Source: Leucoraja ocellata
Lineage: Eukaryota
Direction: 5' to 3'
NCBI GenBank assembly: GCA_036785375.1
Contig: JAWMAR010000008.1
Span: 12,586,001-12,650,000 of the forward strand
DNA length: 64,000 bases
Positions 12,601 through 24,062 of this stretch are shown here, in pieces (position 1 is the first letter of the stretch; each line of letters opens with the position of its first letter). The translations under genes and the position numbers were made by a program. Below the pieces are notes generated by a model that saw only the letters and a list, made by a program, of their open reading frames with translations, ran no database searches and was not told the origin of the DNA.

Positions 12601-14351
12601 GTAAGATTCCACCCCTGCATCTTGATCGGACAAAACAGCTTTAACTAACTACATGTCTCATTGAGCAAAGCACTGAGCTAGTCAGGACCTGCTACCACCG
12701 GCAGCTCTGTGTAGCACTTCCAAGGACTCAAGCAGTGAGAGTGGGTGCAACAACCACAAACACCTTATAATTGTGAACGACATTGAAATCCAAGCTATTT
12801 ACTTACAAAAGATAGACACAAAAAGCGAAACGAAAAACGAAAGCCAAAAAACAGAAACGTTACCCATTCCTTCTCTTCAGAGATGCTGCCTGTTCCGCTG
12901 AGTTACTACAGCTTTTTGTGTCGATCTTCGGTTTAAAACAGCATCTGCAGTTCCTTCCCGCACATTTTATTTACTTACAAAAACAGTTCCGCTGAGTGAA
13001 TTGTGGTAGTTTACATGGAGGGAATGAAAGCTCCGGGGAGTTCCTGTGTCTGGACAACCTGTCATGGGACGATGCGAAGAGCTGGGAGGAGATGAGTGAG
13101 ATTAACCCCCCCACCCCCCACATACCAATAACAACCACTGTTGATGATGTTATACATATTATTGTGGATCCAAAAGCATAGATCAGACAAAAAGAAGTAA
13201 TTAATTATCATGTTCAGGGAATTAAGAAATCCGATCCCATACAACTGCAGTTATATCCACTATATGGGCCACAGATAGGGAGAATTCATAATCTTTTCCC
13301 CAGAGTAGGGGAATCGAGAACAAGCAGTCAAAGGTTACAGGTGAGAGAGGAAAGGTAAGAACCTGAGAGATAACTGCTTCACACACAGAGAGTGGTGGGT
13401 ATATGTGAGGAGCTGGCAGATACAGTGGTTGAGGCAGGTACTTTAACATTTAAAATACTTTTAATTTGTGTACCATGAATAGGAAAGGTTTAGTGAGTCA
13501 AGTATAGGCAAATGGGACTAGCTTTAATGGGCATCCTGGTCGGCATGGACGTGTTGGGCCGAAGGGCCTTTGCCCATGCTGTAAGACTCTATGACTCAAT
13601 CTGATGCATCATCGTACATCTAACTGTCAGGTGGGCAGGTACAATACAGTCATATTCCTTGCCTTTATATTGCAAACCTGTTCCACAACAGATGCTTCTA
13701 GTCAATAGTTTATGTTGAGTTCCCGTCATTCCACGCCCCCACCCCCAGCCCTCACCCCCCTGTATCATTGCACGATCCTGCTGCAGAAACCCCCTTGAGT
13801 GTTTAGCTCTGCAGCCTCGCATTACACCATCAACAAGCTGCAGTGACCCTGTGTGACCAGCAGGTAGTGCTCAATCACCACACGCAGCACGGAGAACGTC
13901 AGCCCCAAACCCCTCACAGCGCCCGAGAACTGGGTTCGATCCTGACCTCAGGTGCTGTCTGTGTGGAGTTTGCACGTCCCCCTTGTGATCATGGATGATC
14001 CTGTTTCCTCCCACATCCTGAAGACGTGCAGGTTAATTGGCTGCTGTAAATTTTCCCTGATGTAAAGGGAGTGGGTGAGAAAGTGGGATAACATGGAACT
14101 GGTATGAACGGGTAATGTGAACAGGCCCTGTCTCCATGCCGTATCTTGCAATCAAATCAATCACTCAATCTTTGCCAAGGGCAACATGAAACTGCAGAAT
14201 TTTTATCTCCTGGGGTCTCCTGAATCTACACCAGAGCGCTGACCCCCCTGTACCCAGGCCACTGCACAATTATTAATTAATGCTGTGCTGACCACATGTC
14301 TTCTGATTCCCTTAATACCCTGGTCGGTACGGACTTGACACGGTGTTATTA

Positions 14352-14650
14352 GCCCCTGTCCCACTTTCCCGAGTTACTCACGAATTCTCCCGAGTTTTCC
14401 TCTTGATTCAAACTTGGAGATGCCAGCCGGAGGTACTCGGGGCTAGTTTTTTTACTCGTGGACATTTTCTAACATGCTGAAAAAATGTCCCGACTAAATG
14501 CCCCTAGTACCTACGGCTGGCATTACGAGTCGCTACGAAATATCTACGGACTCCTACGACCTACGGACTCGCTACGGACATTCTCCGAGTTTGAATCAAG
14601 TGGAAAACCCGGGAGAATTCGTGAGTAACTCGGGAAAGTGTGACAGGGGC
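14352..14650. mobile_element. MITE with long TIRs (GCCCCTGTCCCACT...), possibly PIF/Harbinger-like; duplicate 25805-26103
   Basis: ~65-bp imperfect terminal inverted repeats; flanks TTA / TGA. Confidence 0.75.
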
Positions 14651-14900
14651 TGACTATGAGTTCCATGTGTACGGAGTTTGTACGTTCTTCCCGTGACATG
14701 CGTGGGTTTTCTCTGAGATCTTCGGTTCCCTCCCACACTCCATGATTGTCCCTAGTGGGTGTAGGATAGTGTTAACGTGTGGGGGTCGCTGGCCGGTGCG
14801 GACTCGGTGGGCCGAAGGGCCTGTTTCCGTGATGTATCTCTATACTAAACTAAACTAAAAAGCCTGCAAACTATCAATTGCTGCATTAAGCAACTGTGAC

Positions 14901-14928
14901 CACAGATCCTATAGCGATGGGATCTTTG
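14901..14928. mobile_element. 28-bp hairpin micro-element with 8-bp TSD (duplicate 26389-26416)
   Basis: ACTGTGAC [CACAGATCCTATAGCGATGGGATCTTTG] ACTGTGAC. Confidence 0.7.
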
Positions 14929-14977
14929 ACTGTGACCGAGGATCCACTGCCCTCTGGGGATGAGAATTCCAAAAATT

Positions 14978-15177
14978 NNNNNNNNNNNNNNNNNNNNNNN
15001 NNNNNNNNNNNNNNNNNNNNNNNNNNNNNNNNNNNNNNNNNNNNNNNNNNNNNNNNNNNNNNNNNNNNNNNNNNNNNNNNNNNNNNNNNNNNNNNNNNNN
15101 NNNNNNNNNNNNNNNNNNNNNNNNNNNNNNNNNNNNNNNNNNNNNNNNNNNNNNNNNNNNNNNNNNNNNNNNNNNNN
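14978..15177. other. Assembly gap (200 N)
   Basis: Run of exactly 200 N. Confidence 1.
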
Positions 15178-17837
15178 CCCTTCCTTCCCCCCCCCGTCCA
15201 GAGATGCTGCCTTTCCTGCTGAGTTACTCCAGCTTTTTGTGTCTATCTTGTGTATAACCGTTCGTATTAGTTTACTGTGAATGTTCGAACAGCGTCACCA
15301 CCTCTACAGGCTGCATGTGTAAAAGAGCAGCCACAACAGATTCACACCCATTTTCAATCAACATGACAAAATAAAACGGATGCGCCGGCACATGGCGCAG
15401 GGCAGAATAACCAGGGAATTATGTTAAACCCGTAGAAAGCGTGGATTCAGCCCACAACTGGAAAAATGCCAAGTCCTCAGAGCAGTTGGAGTAAATACAT
15501 CAGAACGCCTCTGAGAGTGCAAGATTGCAGTTCTGGAGTGGCAACCCAGAATGGGGCTGTTACCCACCGAGCAGCGAGGCTTAGAGAAAATCTATCAGGA
15601 TAAAAAGCAAAGCAGGCCGTGTTCAGCTTGACAACGACAGCACTCAAAAAGGAACAGCTGGTGCCTCATCCGGACCTCGGGTGCTGTCTGTGTGGAGCTT
15701 GCACGTTCTCGCTGTGACCGTGTGGCACCATGCGTCCCACTTTCCTCCCACATCCCAAAGAAGTGCGGGTTCGTAAATTAATTGACCTCTGTAAATCACT
15801 CCCTAGTGTGTAAGGAATAGTTGTAAAAGTGGCATGACGTAAAACTAGTTCTATATAGTTCTTGTAGAACTAGCGGTCGGTGTGAGCTCGGTGTTCAGAA
15901 AGACCTGTTTCCACACTGTACCTTGCAATCAATTAAAAATAAAACGTTTTGAAATTAGAGTTATTAGTGACATTTTTGTGCCAGGGTTGGGGAAAGAGGA
16001 TTGAGGTCAGACTGTAAATGTAGCGTGGATAGGAGTAGGGCTGCATTTCTGAATGGAGTCAAGGAAGCCTTTATTGCAGAAATAGTGGGGAAAAACGAAA
16101 ATTGCAGGATTAAATTGCAGGATTGCAGACTGGAAATGTTGCATTAACTAGATTGTTCTTCAGAAAATCTGGCACAGATATAATGGGTAGAATAGCTTCC
16201 TGCCTGCACTGGAACAAGATCTTGTGTTCTGAAATGAGCAAGGTGAAGCTATAATTTGAAGAGATCTAACTTCTCTGCAGTTTTTCTGCCTTTGACGAGG
16301 GAAACGTTGGGAGATTGCTGTGTTAGTTCCCTTGATGGGAAAGCCAAAAGAACTGACATCAAGCAAATAGCATATCATGGTGAAATTAATTAACGCCTAA
16401 GGCTTGCATTACAAGTTGGTCTCAAGTCAAAAGCTCAGAAAGACAACACCTTGCGCCTGACAGCAAGTTCCATCACCGTCCGGCCTGAAATGAGCTTGCT
16501 GTTTGGTTAGGTTGGGGAGGGGCTGCGAACGGCTTATGAAGTGTTTGTCAGTTTGCATAATATCGGATGACGGCAGACAGCAGTGCGGAAGCCACTGCCC
16601 TGTCTCGCCTGGCGCAGCCCCAGAGGACGATCAAGTGTTGGCAGTCAGGCAACACTGATGGGTGAGACAGTGTAGACTCTTGCCAGAGTAAGGGAATCGA
16701 GAACCAGAGGACACAGGTTTGAGGTGAAGGGGGAGAGATTTAATAGGAGTCTGAGGGGTAACCTTTTCACAATGGGGTGGTGGGTGTATGGAACGAGCTG
16801 TTGGAGAGGTAGTTGAGGCAGGGACTATTGCAGAGATAATTAGACATGTATATGGATAGAAACATAGAAAATAGGTGCAGGAGTAGACCACTCGGCCCTT
16901 CGAGCCTGCACCGCATTCAATATGATCATGGCTGATCATCCAACTCAGTATCTTGTACGTGCCTTCTCTCCATACCCCCCTGATCCCTTTAGCCACAAGG
17001 GCCACATCTAACTCCCTCTTAAATATAGCCAATGAACTGGCCTCAACTACCTTCAGTGGCAGAGAATTCCAGAGATTCACCACTCTCTGTGTGAAAAATG
17101 TTTTTCTCATCTCGGTCATAAAAGATATCCCCCTTATCCTTAAACTGTGACCCCTTGTTAGAAACATAGGACAGGTTTGGAGAGATATGGGCCAAAGGCA
17201 AGCAGGTGGGACTAGTGTATATGGGACATATTGGTCGGTGTGGGCAAGTTGGGCCGAAGGGCCTGTTTCCACGCTGTGAGACTCTATGACTCGATGACTT
17301 TGTAAAGCACGGCTCACCCTCCCACCCACCGTGGCAATCCTACCCTCCCCCCCCCCCCCAACCCCCCACCCTCTCAGCATGGGACAGGAGTTTTAGTTTA
17401 GTTTACAGATACAGAGTGGAAACAGGCCCTTTGGCCCACCGAGTCCGAGCCGACCAGCACTACACTAGTCCTATCCTATGTACTAGGAACAATTTACAGA
17501 AGCCAATTAACCTACAAACCTGCACGTCTTTGGATTGTGGAACCGGTCACCCGGAGAAAACCCACACGGTCACGGGGAGAACGTACAAACTCTCTACAGA
17601 CAAGCACCCGTGGTCCTGATCGAACCCGGGTCTCTGGCGCTGTAAGGTAGCAACTCTTGTTCACAGGATACACGTGAGGGAGCTCACCCCATGGGCTGGG
17701 GGCCAGTGGTCACTCCAAGGGTCTGGTGCCCAGCAGGGATGTGTGTCGAGCACGGGGAGAAAGTTTGGTCCATGGTACTTTTGGCCATGATGGATTGCTT
17801 GTTTTCCACAGGTTTCCTGACGAGCGGGGTGCCCCAG

Positions 17838-17960
17838 ATGTCAGCACACAGAGCAACGTGCCCCGCTCCAGCAGACGCGAGTTACCTGTCCGCACTGCTG
17901 GACGGCAAACCGACCGTGTGCCGGCGGCAGGGTGACCCGCAGCGGCAGCTTCTACACACC
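17838..17960 (+). CDS. FOXN1: FOXN1 first major coding exon (copy 2; acceptor gives exon start 17812)
   Basis: tttccacag acceptor; ATG 17838; 41 codons MSAHRATCPAP...RRQGDPQRQLLHT; donor CC|GTGAGT. Same 123-nt coding length and phase 0 as the first human FOXN1 coding exon as recalled, with a shared RQGD motif. Confidence 0.75.
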
Positions 17961-19761
17961 GTGAGTATTTCTAATCTGCACACAACTGCATTCCCAGTCG
18001 CGCCCAGCACTGCAGGAGCAGCCCTGCATCCTGCACCCTCGCACCCCCTCTCCCAAATGACCATCTCCATCCGCCGACATCCCCAACCAGCAACTCGTTT
18101 CTCTCCCCGACACCTGGGCTCCTGCATTGAGGCTTTCAGGAGCAACGCAACGCGAGCACCAAATGCTCAGACATTTAGCCAGGGCTGTAATACATCTGGT
18201 GCAGTTCATCCGATGTTCGGGACTCTACGATGCTTGCAGTTGACAACAGTTATTCAAACTAATCATTCACGTGAGCAGAAGCAGTCCAAGGGGGCAGAGT
18301 CTTGCCCGAGTCAGAATGTTGTGGAGGTAACATTCACCAGGGGGACCTGAACATATGTTGAAACCACGAAGCCAGTGTGAGGGGCACACCTGAGAGGGCA
18401 TGCACTCTCCCAGGGCACACCTGAGGATGTACACTAATGAAGGGCACACCTGAGTGAGTGCACACTGTCACAGGGCACACCTGAAGATGCACACTAACGC
18501 AGGGCACACTTGAGGATGCACACTATTGCAGGGCACGCCTGAGGAAGCGTGCACTATCGCAGGGAATGCTCGAGGGACTGCACTAATAAAGGGCTCACCT
18601 GTAGGAGTTCCCATAGAAACATAGAAAATAGGTGCAGGAGTAGGCCATTCGGCCCTTCGAGCCTGCACCACCATTCAATATGATCATGGTTGATCATCCA
18701 ACTCAGTATCCTGTACCTGCCTTCTCTCCATGCCCCCTGATCCCTTTAGCCACAAGGGCCACATCTAACTCCCTCCTAAAACATTGTCACACGGCACACC
18801 TGAGGGTGTGCTCACTATTGCAAGGCACACCTCAAAATGCACACTAACGCAGGGCACACTTGAGGATGCACACTACCCCTGGGTACACCACTATAGTGGT
18901 TTTACGTAAGAGTAATTGCTCCTAAATCGGCCTCTCACAGTGTGGTGACCTGTACATATCACAATGATGTGACGGCTCACTACTTGGTTCTAATCAATTG
19001 GATTAAGAATGTAATATGCAGAGTCTTCTCTGTCAACAGCCTCACAATGAGCTGATGATAGAATGCATCCTTTGCAACACAGGGGCACAATGTACAGTAC
19101 AAATTACACCTGCCGCTGCATTTAAAGTGCTGCAGGAATAGTTCAGCAAGTTCAAATACTTGGGGAAGCAAATCAGATAATCCAGTAAAAGAGAATCAAA
19201 CAGGTTCAGTGAAGGTAATTGCCCTCGGAGCCAGGGAGCCAGTGCAAGGCCACTGCTGGTCAACACACACACCTTTAGCCAATGAAGCTGTAAATCATAT
19301 TATATTAAATCCTACAGATAGACACTGATAGATTGAGTCTGAAAAAGGGTTCCGACCCAAAACCTCACCCATCCTTTTCCTCCAGAGATGCTGCCTGACC
19401 CGCTGGATTATTCCAGCACTTTGAGTCTACCTTCGGTGTAAACCAGCATCTGCAGTTCCTTTCTACACACTTAATGTCAATCTTTCTGCTTTAAAAGTTG
19501 GAGTGCAGAGGGAAGCGATGAGAATTCAAGTTGCAGACACAACTGCAGGAGACGTTGGCTGGAAAGTGAATTGTAGATGTCTAGGGTGACCTGTGACACC
19601 TAATCTCCAGGGATAGATTTCCACAAGTGGTTCCAGGCCATCAAAGGATAAGGTTGCTCGACTTGGAATGCAGTATTCCCAAGGGGCAGATGACTGACAA
19701 TCAATTTACTTCCTCAATTACAGCCTGGATAAGATGACACATCATTGGGAGGTCCCTGTGT

Positions 19762-19801
<40 letters not shown>

Positions 19802-20023
19802 GTTTACTAATGTCTTGTAAACCTCTTCTGCACCTTATCCGAAGCCGCTACATCCTTCTATGATGTACTGACCAGAACTCTACACAATACTCCAAACGTG
19901 GCCTGTCCACAATGTGTATAAAGCTTCACCATGACTTCCTGACTCTTGTACTCTGTGCCCCGACCGATGAAGGGAAGCTCTCCGTACGCCTTGTTTTCCA
20001 CTCTATCTGTGCTTCTATTCCAG

Positions 20024-20161
20024 GGCCAGAACTGCAAGGATGAGAATGAAGCGCTGGTGGGCTGTGGGTTTGAGCAGACTGCCCTGAGCTGCCCTGAGCT
20101 GCTGCACTACCGCTCTCCAGCAATGCATGATTACTGCCCCGCTCCTGCTCTGCTGCAGCAG
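20024..20161 (+). CDS. FOXN1: FOXN1 N-terminal region exon (copy 2), 138 nt
   Basis: ctattccag acceptor, CAG|GTATGC donor, phase 0/0. GQNCKDENEALV...LLHYRSPAMHDYCPAPALLQQ resembles the YQPPLQHMYC..HQ exon that precedes the pre-forkhead exon in mammalian FOXN1. Confidence 0.75.
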
Positions 20162-22793
20162 GTATGCCCACTGCAGGGACCAGCACCAATGCAGCCATCT
20201 CGGCCCATCGCACGGGCACCAAATGATCAGATAAAAGTTGCAGCCTTGCCTGTGGCTGGTAATGGCAGTGCCCAATTGTTAAACATTAGAGCAGACACAA
20301 CAATTTCTAGTCAAATATCAGGTGCAATACTGGGAAAAAGTGTACAATTACTGCAGGCAAAATATGCCCAACACCAGAGGGATCATGTAACTATCTGTAC
20401 ACTGTAATTGGCTCAATTGTAATCATGTATAGTCATTTTGCTGACTAGTTAGCAAGCGTCAAAAGCTTTTCACTGTACCTCGGTACACGTGACAATAAAC
20501 TAAACTGAATGAATTAAGGTGTTAATCAGTTCTCCCTTCTGAAACGGGTGCAGAATTTAGTTTAGTTTTGAGATACAGCGTGGAAACAGGCACTTCAGGC
20601 CACCTAATCTGCACCGATCTCCGCACACTAACACTATCCTACACACTAGGGCCAATTTACAATTTTTACCCAAGCCAATTAATCTACCAACCTGTACGTC
20701 TTTGGAGTGTGAGAGGAAGCCAGAGCATCTGGAGAAAACCATTTAGGTCACGGGGAGAATATACAAACTCCATAGAGACGGCACCCGTAGTCAGGATCGA
20801 ACCCGGGTCTCTGGCGCTGTAAGGCAACATCTCTATCGCTGCACCACCGTGCCGACCCTACTGCTTGGACATATATTGAGGGGCTGACATCTGGCTAAAG
20901 ACCCCTGCCTGAGATCCGTCAGCAACCAGGCAAGCTCCAACTAGTACTTCGAGCTCTACCGCAACCCAACGCCTCCGGTCCTAACAGCAATGGCCGGACA
21001 CTGTCTAGTGACAAAGTAACATTTGCCACTTGCCTTAATGTGAAGCACCTCCCTCTGCCTCCCACTCCCCAGTACCCTGGCTGAGAGCCCTGGTGTCTTG
21101 TTCTGAATCTAACAGGTGAAGTGAATCCCAACCAGTATATACCCAGAGCTTACATGGATGAGATGAGATGACCCATCCCAGTCTGCTGATCAATAGGTGG
21201 CCATCTGGGTTCCAATGCTTCCCCCATGGGTGTAGGACTGGAGACCCAGTGTGTTGTACACAGAGCTACAGGTGTGAATTACATGATAGATGTCATTAAG
21301 CTGAAAAGAATGCAGAGGGCGCTGCCAAGACTGGAGGGCGTGAGCTATAGGGAAAGGTTTTGCACACAAGGCCTTTATTCCTTGGAGCACAGGAGGCCGA
21401 GGTGCAATCTTATATAATCATGAGGACATTGGCAGGGTGAATGCAGAGGAAAATCAGGAACTAGAGGGCACGGATTTAAACTGTGAGGGGAGAGATTTAA
21501 TAATAAGCTGAAGGGCAACATTTTCACACACAAGGTGGTGGGTATATGGAATGAGCTGCCAGAGGAGGTAGTAAGGCATTTGGACCACTACATAGATGGG
21601 AAAGGTCTAGAGGGCTATGGGCCAAACACAGGAAAATGTGACTAGCTTAGATGGGGCACCTTGGTCTTCATGGCTGAGTTGGGCTCAAGGTTCTGTTTCC
21701 GTGCTGTATGACTCTATATCTCCTTGAGAGTGTGTTCCACTGACAAATAGAAACATGGAAAATAGGTGCAGGAGTAGGCCATTCGGCCCTTCAAGCCGAA
21801 TGGAATACTATCATGCTGGCATGAACCTGCCACTGAACTAGGAATCAGCAGAACACAGCGATGGAGCTGCTTGAGCTGCTGCCTCACAGCACCAAGAATC
21901 CGGGATCGATCCTGACCTTAGGTCCTGTTTGTGTGGAGTTTGCACATTCTTACTGTGACTGCATGAGTTTCCTTTGGGTGCTCCGGTTTCCTCCCACATC
22001 CCAAAGACCTGCGGGTTTTGTATGTTCATTGGCCTCAGTAAAATTGCCCTTGGTGTGTAGGGATTAGACGCAAAAGTGGAAGCGTGTAGAAAAAGTGTGA
22101 ATATGATCGATTGTCAGCATGACTCGGTGGGTTCAAAGGCCTGTTTCCTTGCTGTATCATTCAATGCAATTCAATCCAATACTGTGTTTTCTCTCAGATA
22201 CATGTTTAGACTCTGGGTTTATAGGAGCAGAAACAAGTTGCTTTTATGTATTGCCTTCCTGAGGAGAGTTATCAAATAAGATTTGACCAACCCATGTAAA
22301 AAGTATCAGGATATATGGCCGACCAAACCAACGTGCAAACGTTTACGGAGGATCATAAATGAACACGATGGAATCTGGATATACCAGAGTCAAGGACAGA
22401 GGACAGGTCTTGGGGGATATGGGGCCAGATCAGTTTACAGACATAGGGAGTGAAGAGGTCACTGAGGGAATTGAAAACAAGAATGAGAACTGTACAAGTA
22501 TTGATTTTACAAGTTTGGGAGCTAGAGAAGATCAGGAAACTGGGGAATACAAGATATACGGGAGCTGGATAGCTCAGACACAAGCAGCGGAGGTGGTTGT
22601 GGTTGGGGAAGATGTAAAGGCTGGGTTATTGAGTGTGAGCTTTGCAAGATGAGAACAACTTTACATTTCAAATTAGCTTTACATGTGAGGATGTTGAAAT
22701 GATAGTTCCAGAGACATACTGGTCTATGCAGATCCAAGTTAGTCTTTGATTTCAGTCCAGACTTTAACTGTTGAACTTGTCTTTGTTTATCAG

Positions 22794-22921
22794 TACCCTG
22801 CTATGACGGGTTACTCTGGGGGTATCCCACCGACTGTCCCGTACTCTTACCAAAGGATTGCACCTCACGTTAACCAGGATATGCATCACCTGCTCTACCC
22901 CAAGCCCATCTACTCATACAG
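22794..22921 (+). CDS. FOXN1: FOXN1 exon entering the forkhead domain (copy 2), 128 nt
   Basis: tttatcag acceptor, AG|GTAAAG donor. YPAMTGYSGG...YSYQRIAP...LLYPKPIYSY(S), the characteristic FoxN1/4 forkhead start. Confidence 0.93.
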
Positions 22922-23329
22922 GTAAAGTCAGCCCCAGTGATCGGCCTACCCTTGTAACTGTCGCCCTGTTCAAACTGGTACTGATGCTAATCTGAGGCAA
23001 GAAGCTGACCGTCACGAGGCTGCGTAGGAAAGGTGGGCCGAGCGGCCTGCCCCCCTGGTGGATATTCAGTAGAACTTGTGCCTGTGTAAGGAATGAAAAG
23101 GAGGCAGCATTGAAGCAGGGCTCAAAAATACAGGACTGAGGTCTGCGTGTAACTTTTAAGAAAACGCTTTGAAATCCATAATTTTGAACAAATCTTTGTT
23201 CATGTATTAATATCGGAGGTTTTGTAACTGGGCGGGGTTGATGCTGTACAGGGATTTGAACAGATTAATCATCACTTAAAATCGAAATATTGCTGTATCA
23301 GGAGCCAGCAAAGGTCAACAACAGGGGGT

Positions 23330-23655
23330 GTTGGGGGAGTGGGCTCGTGGTGGGGGAGTGGGCTAGTATTAGAGGAGTGGATGGTGGTGGGGGAGTGGGC
23401 TAGTGGTGGGGAGTGGGCTAGTATTAGAGGAGTGGGTGGTGTTGGGGGAGTGGGCTAGTGGTGGGGAGTGGGCTAGTGGTGGGGAATGGGCTAGTATTAG
23501 AGGAGTGGGCTAGTGGTGGGGAGTGGGCTAGTGGTGGGGAGTGGGCTAGTGGTGGGGAGTGGGCTAGTGGTGGGGGAGTGGGCTAGTATTAGAGGAGTGG
23601 GCTAGTGGTGGGGAGTGGGCTAGTGGTGGGGAGTGGGCTAGTGGTGGGGAGTGGA
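23330..23655 (+). repeat. G-rich 17-18 bp VNTR (GGGGAGTGGGCTAGTGGT)
   Basis: Many tandem units; only ~4 units at the matching site 12123-12190. Confidence 0.9.
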
Positions 23656-23965
23656 CTGATCCTGGGGGAAGTGGTGTTGTGGAGTGGGTTGGTTTTGGGT
23701 AGTGGGATAGTGATGTGGAGCTGGTTGGTGTTGGGGGAATGGGTAAGTGTTGGTGGGGTGGGCTGGGGGGAGGTGATCTGGTCCTGGGGCAACTGGCAAT
23801 GGGGGGGGGGGGGGGATGGTGTAGGGGTGGGTTTCTAAAATACCTTCAAGTTGGTCCCTGGGTCAAATCAGACGGAGATTGTGTGAGGGACCAAGGAGTT
23901 GGGAAGAGATTTGTTTTGTGTCAATAACAAGCACATTCCCTCAGTGTGTCCCTGCTTCCTCTCAG

Positions 23966-24062
23966 CATTCTGATCTTCATGGCTCTGAAGAACAGTAAAA
24001 CAGGGAGCTTGCCTGTCAGCGACATCTACAACTTCATGACGGAGCATTTCCCTTACTTTAAG
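23966..24062 (+). CDS. FOXN1: FOXN1 forkhead exon, 97 nt, intact (copy 2)
   Basis: ctctcag acceptor, AAG|GTAAGA donor; [32 protein letters not shown]. Confidence 0.96.

Larger units (their letters stand above)
3840..14977 (+). repeat. Duplicated segment copy 1 (~11.1 kb)
   Basis: Colinear and near-identical to 15198-26465; ends exactly at the gap with GAGAATTCCAAAAATT. Confidence 0.97.

Noticed and set aside
16631-17380. 249-aa minus-strand ORF
   Set aside because: Chance fusion of nested CR1 3' fragments.
22359-22652. 97-aa acidic ORF in a FOXN1 intron
   Set aside because: Not maintained in copy 1 (indel near 11250) and no recognisable domain or splice context.
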